Virus record (IMG/VR): IMGVR_UViG_3300027816_000052
Span: 124,001 to 188,000 of that record
Direction: 5' to 3' (one strand)
DNA length: 64,000 bases
The notes below the pieces were generated by a model. The model had not been told where the DNA came from. It ran no database searches and was given only the letters and a program-made list of their open reading frames with translations. A program made the translations under genes and the position numbers. This document shows, in pieces, positions 7,355-20,600 of this stretch. Every line of letters starts with the position of its first letter. Position 1 is the stretch's first letter.

Positions 7355-9550
7355 ATGGCAAGTCAAGATGATTTACTAAAAAGAATAGATGAGTTAGAAG
7401 AAGAAGTTGAAGTTCTTAAAACAAGATTACAACGCTCAGAAAGAAAAGCATCATTTGGTCGTTTAGGTGATGTAGGTCAAGATACTTCAAATCCATTTGA
7501 AGCTATTTCTTTAGGTATTAATAAAATTGCAGAAGGATTTATTAACTTAGATAAAATTACTTCAGGTGTTTTTGTCGATATTAGAAATGCGGCAACAAAT
7601 GCTGCTGCTGAATTTGGCACTGGGTTAAAAAATTATGAAAGTATTAGTCAGGAAATTGCAAAATCAATACCAGATTTAACTAGACTTGGGTTTGAAGTAT
7701 CACAAATTGGTGGTATGCAGGAAAAATTCACAGAAAAGATTCAAACAAATGTTGTTTTAAGTTCTGATGCATTAAAAAATATTGGTGTTTTAGATAAACT
7801 TGGGGCTAATGGCGCTGCTATAGCTGCAAGTTTTAGAGATTCAGCACAATCTGTTTCTGGTATGATTGATGAATTGGAAGTTGCTGGTCAAGTTGCTGGT
7901 GATTATGGTGTTAATGCTAGTAAGATTTTTGCGGATATTGAAAAAACAATGCAAACAACGAACCAATATAGGTTTGAAAATGGTGTTGAAGGTATTTCAA
8001 GAATGGCGGCACAGACAGCGATTATGGGAATTAGTTTTGAGAAAGTTGTTGAATTTGCGGATAGCGTAATGAACCCACAAGGTGCGATTGATGCTGTTGC
8101 AGCATTCCAAAGATTGGGCGTTACTGTTAGTGGATTACAAGATCCTTTTAAACTTATGTATATGGCTCAAAGTGATATGGAAGGTTTAACGGAGGAAATT
8201 GGTAAATCTGTTAGTAATTTAGGTACATTTAATAGAGAAACAGGTAAATTAGAAATTCCACCATCGGCTAGAATGCAGTTGAAAGAAATGGGAGACATTT
8301 TAAAACTTGGACCTGAACAAATGAATAAAATGGTAAGCCAGCAAGCTAAATTTAATGCAATGGCTGGCGATTTTGAAGGTCTTGGTGTCTCGGAAGAAGA
8401 TAGAATGATGATTTCAAATTTAGCTGAGTTTAATAAAGAAACACAACAGTTCGAAGTAAAAGTTGGTGGTGAAACAAAAGCAGTAACATCATTAAGTGAT
8501 GAAGATATTAAAATATTACAACAAAGACCGGAATCTTTAGAAGAAGCGGCATTTCAGCAACTTGATTACGTGAGTTCTATAAATAACAATGTTGCTGCAA
8601 TGTTAAAAACTCCCGGAGCAGCGGTTGCTGCGACAAAAGCTCAGTTAGATACTGAGCGATTAGCTAGGGGAATGTTTGAGTCGGGCGGGGAAGTTATTAC
8701 AAAAGCATTTAAAGATGCTAAAATTAGAGAAGAAGTTGATAGATTTACAAAAGAATTTGGCGGGTCATTAGATGATGTTGTAAATGCATTAAAATCTGGT
8801 AATGTGGAAGAAATTAAAAAAGTGTTCGGAAATCTTTCTTCTATTGGAGAAATTGGGTTTGAAGATGCCTTTAATAGATTCCAAAGTAGTTTTAGCGAAG
8901 GATTATCCAAAATACCTGAAAATTTAAGCGAAGTGTTAGGTGATAAAAATATTTATATGGGACTAAGTGGTGTTATAAAGGAGGTTGTTAATGAATTTGG
9001 TGCTAAAATTAAAGAAACGTTTAATACTTCTATTAACGAAACAACACAATCCCCAATACCAAATCAACCATCCCCCCAAGCAGGAATAACACAAGCAGCA
9101 GAAAATCAAATACAAAGTGTTGGAGTAACTGGGTCACAAGCAACCCCCTCTAGTGAAGTTCCCGCTGAAGATTTCGTAATTAGAACATTACCAGAAGATA
9201 CAATAAAAGTTGTCGGTGGAACAAATCTCCCCCCCGGTGGTGCAGATATAACAAATATTCTAAATAATCAAACAAATAATACTCAAGCATTAACCTCAGT
9301 ACAACCTGTTTTAAACAGAGATTTAGCAAACTTAGAAACACCAAGAACCGCTGAAAATAATAGGATTGAAGAAAAGGAATTAAGAGTAAAATTTGACCCA
9401 TTTATTGTTAAATTAGAAGGTGATGGAAAATCAATAGAGATGGCGTTACAAGATAATGTTGTTAGAGATAAAATAATCGACATGGTTGGTAAAGCTATGA
9501 CATCTGACTACAACACAATGGGTAGACCAATATTAGGTGGTCGTGCATAA
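7355..9550 (+). CDS. Tape measure-like protein
   Basis: 731 aa, Ala/Gly/Gln/Glu-rich helical composition, canonical position after the chaperone pair. Confidence 0.7.
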   Translation: MASQDDLLKRIDELEEEVEVLKTRLQRSERKASFGRLGDVGQDTSNPFEAISLGINKIAEGFINLDKITSGVFVDIRNAATNAAAEFGTGLKNYESISQEIAKSIPDLTRLGFEVSQIGGMQEKFTEKIQTNVVLSSDALKNIGVLDKLGANGAAIAASFRDSAQSVSGMIDELEVAGQVAGDYGVNASKIFADIEKTMQTTNQYRFENGVEGISRMAAQTAIMGISFEKVVEFADSVMNPQGAIDAVAAFQRLGVTVSGLQDPFKLMYMAQSDMEGLTEEIGKSVSNLGTFNRETGKLEIPPSARMQLKEMGDILKLGPEQMNKMVSQQAKFNAMAGDFEGLGVSEEDRMMISNLAEFNKETQQFEVKVGGETKAVTSLSDEDIKILQQRPESLEEAAFQQLDYVSSINNNVAAMLKTPGAAVAATKAQLDTERLARGMFESGGEVITKAFKDAKIREEVDRFTKEFGGSLDDVVNALKSGNVEEIKKVFGNLSSIGEIGFEDAFNRFQSSFSEGLSKIPENLSEVLGDKNIYMGLSGVIKEVVNEFGAKIKETFNTSINETTQSPIPNQPSPQAGITQAAENQIQSVGVTGSQATPSSEVPAEDFVIRTLPEDTIKVVGGTNLPPGGADITNILNNQTNNTQALTSVQPVLNRDLANLETPRTAENNRIEEKELRVKFDPFIVKLEGDGKSIEMALQDNVVRDKIIDMVGKAMTSDYNTMGRPILGGRA

Positions 9551-9588
9551 AATTTTAAAACTCATCTATTTATTGAGAAAGTGATAAT

Positions 9589-12500
9589 ATGCCAAGTCAA
9601 TTAACATTTGAAGCTACTGAATTTTTAAGAAATAAGTTGTTGAATAGAAATTTACCTTCCTATAATAAAGAAGGTCAATTTTCTTCTCCACCTCCCCCAA
9701 ATGCTTATGAATATCAGCAAAATGATTTTAATGTTATTGATTCACCTGATAATTTAATCGACGATGGTATTTTAATTAGTGGACAATACGCTTCAAATAA
9801 ATACGGTCCAGATGGTGGTTATACAACGGATATAGCATCAATAGGTACTGTTAGCATTGGTTCAAATGAGGGACCGTATGGTAACAATGATGCTGACCTA
9901 TTAGAATTTAGCAAAAGTTTTCTATCTAACTTAGGTCTTAATAACATATATTCACCAGTTGCTGGTGTGGTCGGTGAGAATTATAATTTTGTTTATACAA
10001 CAGATGTTAAATTTCCCCAACCATCACCTAAGTGGTTATATTCACCTTATTTACCTTATTGGGATCCCCCTAGTTTTAGACCATCATTTTATTCACCATT
10101 TGAATTATTTATAAATCCGTTCCCTGTTGGGAATAATGGTTCTTTAAGTGATGATTCAGTTTTAGCACAAAATAGTGCTAATTCATTCAGAACCATGATG
10201 CAATATCGAGTACAACAAAATTTATATACCGAAACAATCGGTAGATTGAATTTTATTGATGCTCTTAGCGATCCGACAGATTGGATTGCAATTTTAAATG
10301 GTAATGTACCTTTAATTGAAAGAAATTATCAAATTACCGTACCACAGAGTTTACTTGGAAGGGGTGCGGATTTCTTAGCTAGATTACAAGGGTTATATTA
10401 TCCAGCTTCAACAATTCCGGGTGATTATTTTGAAGAAGCTAATAGAACAGAAAACAACAATACGACATTTATTGGTCGAACAATAGATTATATTGGTGGT
10501 TTATTTGGATTGGGCGGTAGAAGAGGTAGAACACCTTCTCAGTTATTTTTGGATAACACTAGTGCTGGACAAAAGAAACAATTATCAAATAACTTAGAAT
10601 TTAATAAGTATAGACCTTTTTATGTAACAAATTCAGCACAAAATCCTGTTGGTTTTGTATCGAGATTGTTGGGTATTCAGTTTCCCGCTGGAAATTATTA
10701 TGTTGGAAGTCAGGATAGAGACCCAAGCTATATTTCATCACCTCCGGGTCAAATTCCGTTGGATTCAAGTGGAAAACAAATTGATGCGTTGGTTTATGGT
10801 CCCGAATTATTAGCTAAAGATTTTGAAGGTACCGATAATAATTTAAAAATTGGTTTAGCTGGTAAAACGGTTATTGATAGTGGTGGAATTAATGGTGGTA
10901 TGTCTTGGAACTCACAAAAATTCAGCGGTAATGCTGGATTTAAAGTTGGTCCCGGTGGTGATATTGTTAAAAATGATGATGAATTTAATGCGATAAGTTC
11001 ACAATATGAATCAACAAAATCAACAAATTATGATTTTAAAGAGGGAAGCATTCTTTATAATACACAAAAACTAATTGATTCACAACCACCTAATGCGAAT
11101 AGATATTCACATGCTGGTAATGCTATTGACCAAGTTTCAAAAATATTTAATGATGGTTATAAAGAAATAACAAAAGGTTCAAAAGTAATCAGTTATATTA
11201 ACGAAAATGGAATTGAAAAGGGTCAAGAATATTGCAGAATCTTTACCAAAGATACACCATATTTAACGTATGCTGATTTACAAAAGACCGATGGTAATAT
11301 TAGAAAGTTTGAAAATTCAGTATTAAATAATACGTTTAATTTGAATATTGCACCATTTAAAGGTAATGGTAGTACCAATATTTTAAATGATTCTTCAGCA
11401 AATGCTAATGATGGTAAAGTTAAAAAATATATGTTCTCACTTGAGAATTTAGCTTGGAGAACATCATCAAAACCCGGTTTTAGAGTTCAAGATTTACCAA
11501 TTTGCGAAAGAGGACCGAATGGTGGAAGAATAATGTGGTTTCCACCATATGAATTAACTTTTAATGAAGATTCAAGACCAGATTTTGCAACTCACGTATT
11601 CTTGGGTAGACCTGAACCGATTTATACGTACAAAAGTACATCAAGAAGTGGTTCTTTAAGTTGGAAAATAATTGTTGACCATCCATCTGTACTTAACGTT
11701 ATAACAAATAAAGTTTTAAGCAAAGAAACTAGTAAGGAAAAAGTTAATTCAATTATTGATTCATTTTTTGCTGGTTGTAAAAAGTATGATCTTTATGAAT
11801 TAGCTGCGAAATACCCATCAATCCCAATTTCTGAATTAGAACTTTTACAAAATGTAATTAATAATCCGAATTCTTCGGAAGAAGATGTTCGTGAAGCATA
11901 TCGACAAAATACGGTAACTGATGCTGGAGCACAAGACCCCTCAAGTACATCAACAAGTGGGTCAATTGATAGTTTTAATGAAACGATGTTTTATTTCCCT
12001 GTATTAGATAACTCACAAGGGGTTTTAGCTAATACTAGTTATGAAATTTATTATAATGAGTATATTACGCAGAAGCAAAATAATTACGTATCAGATAATT
12101 TAGCAAAAACTTTTATTGAAACTGAAGTTGAGCCAACACTAAATAACCTTGATAGTTTAATAGAGACGGTATATGACGCAATAAAAAATAAAGGTGTCAG
12201 TGTTGTTAAATTAAATTTTGAAGCTTCTATATACCCACCAAATCGTTCATTAGATATTAGTTCTGAACAGATTGCTGGTTCAACACCCTCAAACAAAGTT
12301 AGTACAATTAAAACTTATTTAACTCAAAGAGTTTTACCATCAGGTAATGAGGAAAAAACCTTAAGAGATTATATAAATAATAATAAAGTAATTATTACAA
12401 CATTATCAAGTCTTTCAGATATTGCATCAACTAATACCAACAGTTTTAATTGCTTAAATCCTGAGGAACCACAAACTGAAACTAATAAAATGGCGTGTAA

Positions 12501-14331
12501 TAGTATTAGAATTAAAAGTATTATTACGGAAATAACACCGGAATCAAATACTGTTACTGAAAATGAAACACCAGTAGCACAACCCGCAACAACACAACAA
12601 CCAACATTATCTGAGCAATCAATAACAGGTATTTCAAAAAGATTATTGAGAAATCTTCTTTCAGAATGTGATTATTTCGAAATGATAAAAGAAGATGACC
12701 CAATGTTGTATGACTCAATAAGTCAGAAAATTAAATATTTCCAACCAGCATTTCATAGTATAACACCTGAGGGATTAAATTCTAGATTAACATTTTTGCA
12801 ACAATGTATGAGACCCGGAGAAACAATCCCAACTATTGGTGCTGACGGTCAACCAAAAACAACTGACGCATTAAATACATCATTTGGTGCTCCACCTGTT
12901 CTTGTTTTACGAGTTGGAGATTTCTTTAATACTAAAATAATACCAACTAGTTTAAGTTTAAAATATGAAAATTTAGATATTAATCCAGAAGGCATTGGTG
13001 TCCAACCCATGATTGCGACAGTTACCATGAGCTTTAATTTTATTGGTGGTCATGGACTAAGAGAACCTGTACAAAGATTGCAGAATGCGTTATCATTCAA
13101 TTATTATGCGAATACTGAAATGTATGATGAAAGAGCGATTGCAACCGAAGATACGAAAAAATTTGACCGTCAAGTTCTTGATGCGATATTAGCTCAGGTT
13201 GAACCACCAAAAGCAACAGTTAATAATATAACGAATAATGGTGGTAATACAATTGGAGAAATAATTAATAGCGTTCAAACAAGTACTAGTGAGACGGGTA
13301 CTACTAGCTATATTAAGATTATGGACACATTAATTTCAGAGTCTCAAACATATTTTAATGCAACTATAAATGGATTTGAAGGAATAATTAATAATTATAA
13401 TTATGGAATTCTACAATTGATTTCTGATAATAGAAAATATACCACAGGTAATTTTGGAGCGACTAATGTGGAAATTGTTGGTAAATCAAATAAAATACAA
13501 GATAATATTGATAAATTATTTAAATCGGTCATTTCTGATATTAAAAATGAAAATAATCCCGTTTTTAATAGTTTTAGTGCTTACACAACTAATGCCGAAA
13601 AAAGAATATTTAAGAGAAATTATGAAAATTATTTGAATGAGTTAAGAAATTCATTTACCGATAATTTAAATAACACAATTAATGATTTAACCACAGCACA
13701 AGAAAATTTAATTTTTACCGTTGAAAAAATTAATTATTTAATTGATGAAAAGGCTGATGGATTAATACAGGGAAATGGTGATGTTAAAATATATAAACTA
13801 GCATCAAATAATGAGAAATTTATTATAATGGTTAAAGATTATGGAATTATTGCAACATCAGCAAATACCTTCCAACAAATGCTAGTTGAGAAAAAATTAT
13901 TATTTAATTCTTATATAAATAACATATTTGTTCCGGCAAACAATGATTTTAATACGCTAGAAGATGAGGTTAAAACAGAATATATGATTATTTGTCAAAA
14001 ATTATTAAATAATACTGATGAATTTTTAAACAAAATAACAAAAGACATTAGTGAAGATGTTAGTGATTCAATTATAGGTTATTATAATACTTTAAAAAAT
14101 AATAGTTATAAAGAAGAATTTGATTCTGAGATTAAATTAATTAATGATTTTAAACAAGACAATCCTCAATACACTAAATTTATTCCACTTGATAGCACAC
14201 CAACAGAAAGAACTGTTGAGTTTGAGGTCGCAAAGGCATCAACATCAGAAAGAAATAAATTAATTAAACTTTATGATGAAGAAAATAGTGGTTCAAATAA
14301 TACATATAATGGAAAATACAAATTTTTATAA
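9589..14331 (+). CDS. Large baseplate structural protein with tube-initiator-like segments
   Basis: GGRIMWFPPY...FLGRPEPIYTY and FGAPPVLVLRVGDFFNTKI segments; position after tape measure. Confidence 0.55.
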   Translation: MPSQLTFEATEFLRNKLLNRNLPSYNKEGQFSSPPPPNAYEYQQNDFNVIDSPDNLIDDGILISGQYASNKYGPDGGYTTDIASIGTVSIGSNEGPYGNNDADLLEFSKSFLSNLGLNNIYSPVAGVVGENYNFVYTTDVKFPQPSPKWLYSPYLPYWDPPSFRPSFYSPFELFINPFPVGNNGSLSDDSVLAQNSANSFRTMMQYRVQQNLYTETIGRLNFIDALSDPTDWIAILNGNVPLIERNYQITVPQSLLGRGADFLARLQGLYYPASTIPGDYFEEANRTENNNTTFIGRTIDYIGGLFGLGGRRGRTPSQLFLDNTSAGQKKQLSNNLEFNKYRPFYVTNSAQNPVGFVSRLLGIQFPAGNYYVGSQDRDPSYISSPPGQIPLDSSGKQIDALVYGPELLAKDFEGTDNNLKIGLAGKTVIDSGGINGGMSWNSQKFSGNAGFKVGPGGDIVKNDDEFNAISSQYESTKSTNYDFKEGSILYNTQKLIDSQPPNANRYSHAGNAIDQVSKIFNDGYKEITKGSKVISYINENGIEKGQEYCRIFTKDTPYLTYADLQKTDGNIRKFENSVLNNTFNLNIAPFKGNGSTNILNDSSANANDGKVKKYMFSLENLAWRTSSKPGFRVQDLPICERGPNGGRIMWFPPYELTFNEDSRPDFATHVFLGRPEPIYTYKSTSRSGSLSWKIIVDHPSVLNVITNKVLSKETSKEKVNSIIDSFFAGCKKYDLYELAAKYPSIPISELELLQNVINNPNSSEEDVREAYRQNTVTDAGAQDPSSTSTSGSIDSFNETMFYFPVLDNSQGVLANTSYEIYYNEYITQKQNNYVSDNLAKTFIETEVEPTLNNLDSLIETVYDAIKNKGVSVVKLNFEASIYPPNRSLDISSEQIAGSTPSNKVSTIKTYLTQRVLPSGNEEKTLRDYINNNKVIITTLSSLSDIASTNTNSFNCLNPEEPQTETNKMACNSIRIKSIITEITPESNTVTENETPVAQPATTQQPTLSEQSITGISKRLLRNLLSECDYFEMIKEDDPMLYDSISQKIKYFQPAFHSITPEGLNSRLTFLQQCMRPGETIPTIGADGQPKTTDALNTSFGAPPVLVLRVGDFFNTKIIPTSLSLKYENLDINPEGIGVQPMIATVTMSFNFIGGHGLREPVQRLQNALSFNYYANTEMYDERAIATEDTKKFDRQVLDAILAQVEPPKATVNNITNNGGNTIGEIINSVQTSTSETGTTSYIKIMDTLISESQTYFNATINGFEGIINNYNYGILQLISDNRKYTTGNFGATNVEIVGKSNKIQDNIDKLFKSVISDIKNENNPVFNSFSAYTTNAEKRIFKRNYENYLNELRNSFTDNLNNTINDLTTAQENLIFTVEKINYLIDEKADGLIQGNGDVKIYKLASNNEKFIIMVKDYGIIATSANTFQQMLVEKKLLFNSYINNIFVPANNDFNTLEDEVKTEYMIICQKLLNNTDEFLNKITKDISEDVSDSIIGYYNTLKNNSYKEEFDSEIKLINDFKQDNPQYTKFIPLDSTPTERTVEFEVAKASTSERNKLIKLYDEENSGSNNTYNGKYKFL

Positions 14332-14333
14332 GC

Positions 14334-14654
14334 ATGTATAGGTACTACGATAGATATAAAAATTTTTTAATTAATGGTCAACAAACTGTTGTACCATTTA
14401 TATCTATTCCAGAAAAAAATTCAGATAAACAATACATATATAAAGAGAACGTTAGTCGTTTAGATAAGGTTTCATTTGAATATTATGGTTCGCCATTATT
14501 TACTTGGTTAATATTATCAGCAAATCCAAAATTTGGTGGACTTGAAAGTAATATACCGGATGGATCAGTATTGACAATCCCATTTCCATTGGTAACTTCT
14601 CTACAAGATTATAATTCACAGTTAGAAAACTACTTCTTCTATTATGGTAGATAA
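14334..14654 (+). CDS. LysM-like baseplate wedge protein (gp53/tail X-like)
   Basis: SRLDKVSFEYYGSPLFTWLILSANP...IPDGSVLTIP. Confidence 0.8.
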   Translation: MYRYYDRYKNFLINGQQTVVPFISIPEKNSDKQYIYKENVSRLDKVSFEYYGSPLFTWLILSANPKFGGLESNIPDGSVLTIPFPLVTSLQDYNSQLENYFFYYGR

Positions 14655-17600
14655 CGAAAAAATATTAGTTGAGGTTGATTATGACAATATTGTTTTAATT
14701 GACCCAAATAAAGTAATTGGTGATAATGGAAAATCGCAAGAACGACTTGTTAAGCAAGAAGATTTAGTTATGTATGCAAATCTTGAAGCTATTTTTGTTC
14801 CTCGCACAAAATTTAATATAGGTTCCGCCCAAGACGATACGGTTCAACCAGTAACAATAGCAACAAATAATTTCGGCGCAATAAATTTTTTAAATCCCGG
14901 AAATGAAGGTTTTTTTACAACAGAATGGTCTGATGAAATTACGGGTAAAGATACTTTAAAAAATGAAGGTACAAATCAAATAAGACAGGTAATTGATACA
15001 AATAGTGCTTTTTATTTAAAACAAAAAATCGATAATGTTAAAGATACACAAACGTTAGGTATAACTAACATTCTTGTTGATAATAACGCATCTCAAACAC
15101 CTGTGGTTACAATAGATTTGGTCGATGTTGGTGGAAGAACCCTTTTTGAAAAAGGTGACGAATCCCCATATTCTGTATTTTTTAATTTACCATATCCAAC
15201 ATTCTATTTAACATTAAAAGGTTATTTTGGAAAAGCAATCAGATATCAGTTGATTTTAGCTAAATTCACATCTGAATTAGATTCACAAAATGGTAATTTT
15301 ACTGTTAGATTAACTTTTTATTCATATAAGTATACAATATTAGCTGATTTACAAATAGGTTCTGTTTTGGCGTTACCAAACATGTATAATACAACTTATA
15401 CGTTAATACCAACAACCGAAACCAACCAAAATTCAGATGCAGCAAGAATTTCTGTTGGACAAACAGATAAGCCGGTAACAAATGTTGTTGTTGGTAAAGG
15501 CTATCAAAAAATAAGAGAATTATATTCTGAGTATAAAAGCAAGGACTTAATACCTGAAGATTTTCCTGAATTATCGATACCACAATTAGTGGTTAAACTT
15601 GAAAATTTTGAAAGAAATATAATAGCACAATTAGGCACCGAAAAATTTGATTCATTTACCGACATTAAAAATTATAAAGAAGGTATTAAAAACCTACAAA
15701 CTAAAGTATTCTCAACAAATCTTGAAGCTTGGTCCAGAAAATATTTGGATTTGGAAAATTACTATATTTTAATCAAACTAAAAACAAATGACCCAGAAGT
15801 AAGAGCTTATAGATATAAAAAAGAAATTAGTAGTGATTTACAAAAAATTGAAAATGCTAAAGCCGAACTAACTAAATTAATAGAAGAATTAAAAGAAGTT
15901 TGGACAAAAAATAGCACATTAGGCCCAAATGGAACGTATACTATTAATGGTAAAACAATAGAATCACAAATTAATTTTAACCTAAATGTTGATTTAATAA
16001 ATAAAAATATTAGTGATAACCAAATTGATTGGTGTGAAACCTATAGAAGAAAATTTGGGCGACAGATAAATGAAAAATGTAAAGAAAGTGTTATAGAAAA
16101 TTATGGTGATTTTTCTAGCACAATATATATTGAAAATAGTACAGAAATAGTAATTAATAATATATTTGTTTTTAATGGTGAAAATTCCTTCAATAAGGAA
16201 ATTAATCAAATGATAACCAAAGCAAATAATATTGAAGAACAAATTGAAAAAGAATTAACCGCAATTTTACAAAAAAAATTAGAATCTGCTGAAGGTTTAG
16301 GTTTTAAGCCAACAATTAGAAATATTTTTGCAATTATATTTGCATCGGTAGAAGGTATTTTTAGGTTACTTGATGATGTTCATAAAGATGCTTTTGATCA
16401 GAGATATAGTAGAGTTAGATACGATGCTTTATTTTCCGATGGTAAAGACGATGTTAGCTCTGATTCAACAGATTTAGTATCAAAAACTCAAGAACCAAAT
16501 CAAACTAACGGTGATATTCAGGTATATCCTTGGCCTGAGTTTTTTATAAAAACAGAAACTGAGAATAAAATTAGTTTTCCTTTAGCTTATCCGGCTGATC
16601 CTGAACTAATTGAAAAAACACAAGCAGATAATTACGATATTTGGCCTGAAGTTGAATTTGTTGAAGAAATGATAAAAGGTCTTACACAGAGAGATGTTGT
16701 GTTCAATACTTCCGATGTTACTTCAGACGAAGAATATAGTGTAAATAGATTATCACTTAATGCAATTGAATTTCCAACAACAAATAGGTCTTATGGTCCA
16801 AAAGAATTTGTTAAATTCTTTTATGAAATAAAAGAAAGATTAATTGTAGCTTCAACAATTGATAAACTTAACAGAAATTATAAGCAAACGAATGATATAA
16901 CTGAGGTTATTGCTCAAATGGAGGCGTATAATATACTTACATCATTAAGTGTAGATAATCCTCAGATTATTACCGCATTAAAGAATTTTAAGATAGATAA
17001 TCAAGAAAATTTTGATGCTTATTTGAAACAAATATCAAATGAAGGTATTGGTGAAAGCTGGCAATTATATATTAGAGGTTTATATAGCACACCATATTTA
17101 AGAGAATTAACAGAACAAACAAAAGATTTTAATATATTACCCAGCGATATAATTTCAGGTCCATCACCAAATTCTGAAGTTGAAAGTATTAACAAATTAG
17201 TTATGTTTTTAAATCAGGATTCAAATGTTATTGATTTTACCGATATATATCCGATAGTAAATCTTGAATGGGCAAGACAAAATTTGGCAAATGGTTCCGG
17301 ATTAGGTTCAATAACTAATTTAACTAAAACATCTTCTGTTATTGGGTTTAATTCAGAAAAAAAACATATTACTAATTTTAACACTAATGAAAATGACAAA
17401 ATAAAAAGACCATTAACAAGTTTTTCTTTTACATTACAGACACCGCCAAACACATATAACAACTCAATTGAACTAAATACTTTTTATCAAAATAGATATA
17501 ATAATTATAATAATTTATTACCAACCGAAGGACTTATAACATATGAAAATTCTCCACCTAGTTCAGTTGGTAACAATCAAACTACATCTATATTCAATAC

Positions 17601-20600
17601 ACCTTTTATGATTAATGCACTACAAAGTGCTGCGGATAAACTAAGAAATAATAACCCACACCCATTTACTGAGGCTGCGTACCTTTTTTTAAATTCACTA
17701 CCGCTCTCAACTCTCAAAGAAAAGTATATTTCACAAAATGAAAATTCTATTAACAACTTAGATTACTTAATTTCATCATTTAAAAAATTTGGTGCAACGC
17801 ATAAGCTGCCATACGCTTGGATATTAAAATATGGATCTATTTGGCATAGATATAAAAATTATGTTGATTCAAACGGAACAAATGATTTAATAAACAATGT
17901 TTGGACTAACGCAAATACATTCACAAATTTCGACCCTGTAAATAGTAACCCAACAAGGCAATATAATCTATCAATTAGTGGTGAAACAAATTCAATTGTT
18001 TTACAAAACGTTGGGAATAACGTTACAAGTATGAATTTGGGTTTTTATCCTAAATTAATAAATGATTTTTATTATCTATTAACAAATAAAGAATATTTTC
18101 AAACATATTCAGATTCCGAAATACAGGAAAAAATTGATAACCAAAGTTTGTTTTTAAATCGAAATCAAGTCAATAGTTATGCACAAGGGGTTGATTTATT
18201 AAATCCTAGTAGGTCGATTTCTATAAAATATTGGGATGTATTGTTAAAAACAAATGATTCAAGTGATTTTTCAGATGAAAATAAACAGAAAACAATTGTG
18301 TTACCATCGTTTGGTACAACAACTAATCAATCTAAGTTTGAGTGTTTTAGTGACTCAAACCAACTAAATGTTGAAGTTTTAAATAATCAATCACTTTTTA
18401 ATGGTTCGGCTAGACTTTTCTGGGCAGCACCAAACTATGGATATTTTGACGAGTCTCAAGCGATCAAACCAAATTATGACGAATATCTTAAAGAAATATT
18501 TACTCAAGCACAGAATCAAACACCATTTTCAATTAACTCGTCATATTCAAAAATAGATGAATTAATACCAACATTTAAAAAAGAAATTTTGGATAAATTT
18601 GAAGAGGAGTTTTTAAAATTCTCACAAAGCTCTTTAAATATTCCTGAAGAAAATAGAGGTACAAATTCTTATTTGAAAAACTTTCAATTATTGTTATCAA
18701 ATTTATTAATTATTGATGATGTTTCAGTAAATACATCTGTTGTTAATAACGTTTGGTCAAATCAAACAAAAAAGTTCTCACAAACAATAACCACATTTTT
18801 ATTAAATAATGATATCTATTTTAGATATGGTAATCCATCTAATTTTAATAGAAGAATTTTTAATTCATTTAACACAAAAACTGTTGTAGATCCTTATTCT
18901 TATAATGGTTATATAAATAATACATTACCACCACAAATTAGCTTATCGGCATCAGAAACAAACAATCCTGATGCGTGGAACGCAATGAAGAAATATATTG
19001 GGTTTTACACAATTTCGGGTATGAATTATTCTGATACCGGATCAACACTAACAGATTTTTTCATTGATATTGACGTTGAATTTACAAAAGAAAATGTGGA
19101 AAATCTTTTCCCATTAATTCAAATTTATGGTACACAAAAATTAAATGGTCCAATAAATAAAGAACAATTTAAACAAAAATTATATGATTATTTAATTAAT
19201 AATGTTGATGGTTTTGAAGCAAATATTTTACAAAAAACAATAACCATTTTACAAAAACAACTACCAAATGTAAGTTCTGTTTCACAAGAAAATAGAATAC
19301 CCCCTTCTAATGATAAGCAAGGTAAACTTGAATTATGGCAACATTTTAAGACCTTTAATGACAGATGGATTGCTGGTAATGATTATAAAAACAAAACACT
19401 TTTTGAGGATGTTCTATTTTTAGATAGAGCAAGTAGAGATTTAGGTAATTTAGTTTATGTTGATATCTTTAAATTAAAAGATAGAATAAAAGCAAGATAT
19501 GATGGAAAGGGTAGGGTTATTGATTTAATAAGCGCAATTCTTGAAGAAAACAAATTTATTATGATGCCTTTACCAGCATTCGTTAATTTTTACGGAGTTA
19601 CAACACCACAATTAACAGATAATCCTAGTATTGAATCATCTTTTGATTTTGCAAATGATTTATTTGGTACATTTTTAAATGTAGATTATAGAAATTCATC
19701 ACCAAAATTAGTTTGTTTTTACACCGATATCCCAAGTCAGCATTTAGATTTAAAAAATAATCCAAACTATCTTTATAGAACCGATGCATTTGATTTAGGA
19801 AGACCATCAAATAACACAAATAGAGAAAGTTTAGCTAATAAAAAGGATTGGTATTTCTCAAATCGATGTGTTGGATTTAATGTTGATTTTGGAACTAGAA
19901 ATCAAAGTATGTTTAAAACATTAACTTTAAGTCAAGAAAATACTTCAAACACATCAGAAACATTTAAAATATATGAAATGATGGCTGACCAAGCTGCTGG
20001 CAGGTCTGTTGCACAACAGAACGTTTCGTTATTTACTGAATATAGAAATAGATCATATACTTGTACCGTAATGGGAATGGGTAACGCATTAATCCAACCA
20101 ACAATGTACTTTAATTTAAAACATGTACCAATGTTCAGCGGTCCTTATATGATTTTAAGTGTAAAACATATTTTAAATTCTGGTGAATTTATAACCCAGT
20201 TTACTGGTGTTAGAATGCCGGTATTTTCATTACCAACAATCAACAATTCATTAGCGTCACTAAACACTAATTTATTTAGTAAAATTTTTAGTGATATAAA
20301 AGCAGACGTACAAAAAGCACAAGCCGATGGTGATTTAAGTTCAAACAAAATAAACTCAAATAATTCAATACAACTTCAAACTTCAAAAGATAAATCACCT
20401 GTTTCTGAAGGATGTACAATTTATACTCTTGGTGATAATACAAACACAATATACTCAACATATAGAAAAGCGGGTCAAGCAATTAGAAATTCATACTCAA
20501 TTCAAGAAATAATTTCTATCATAAAAAGTAAAGTGGTTGGTTCAGATGATAATACCAAAAAAATTAGAGCAATGGTATTTTCAACAATTTATCTCGATGG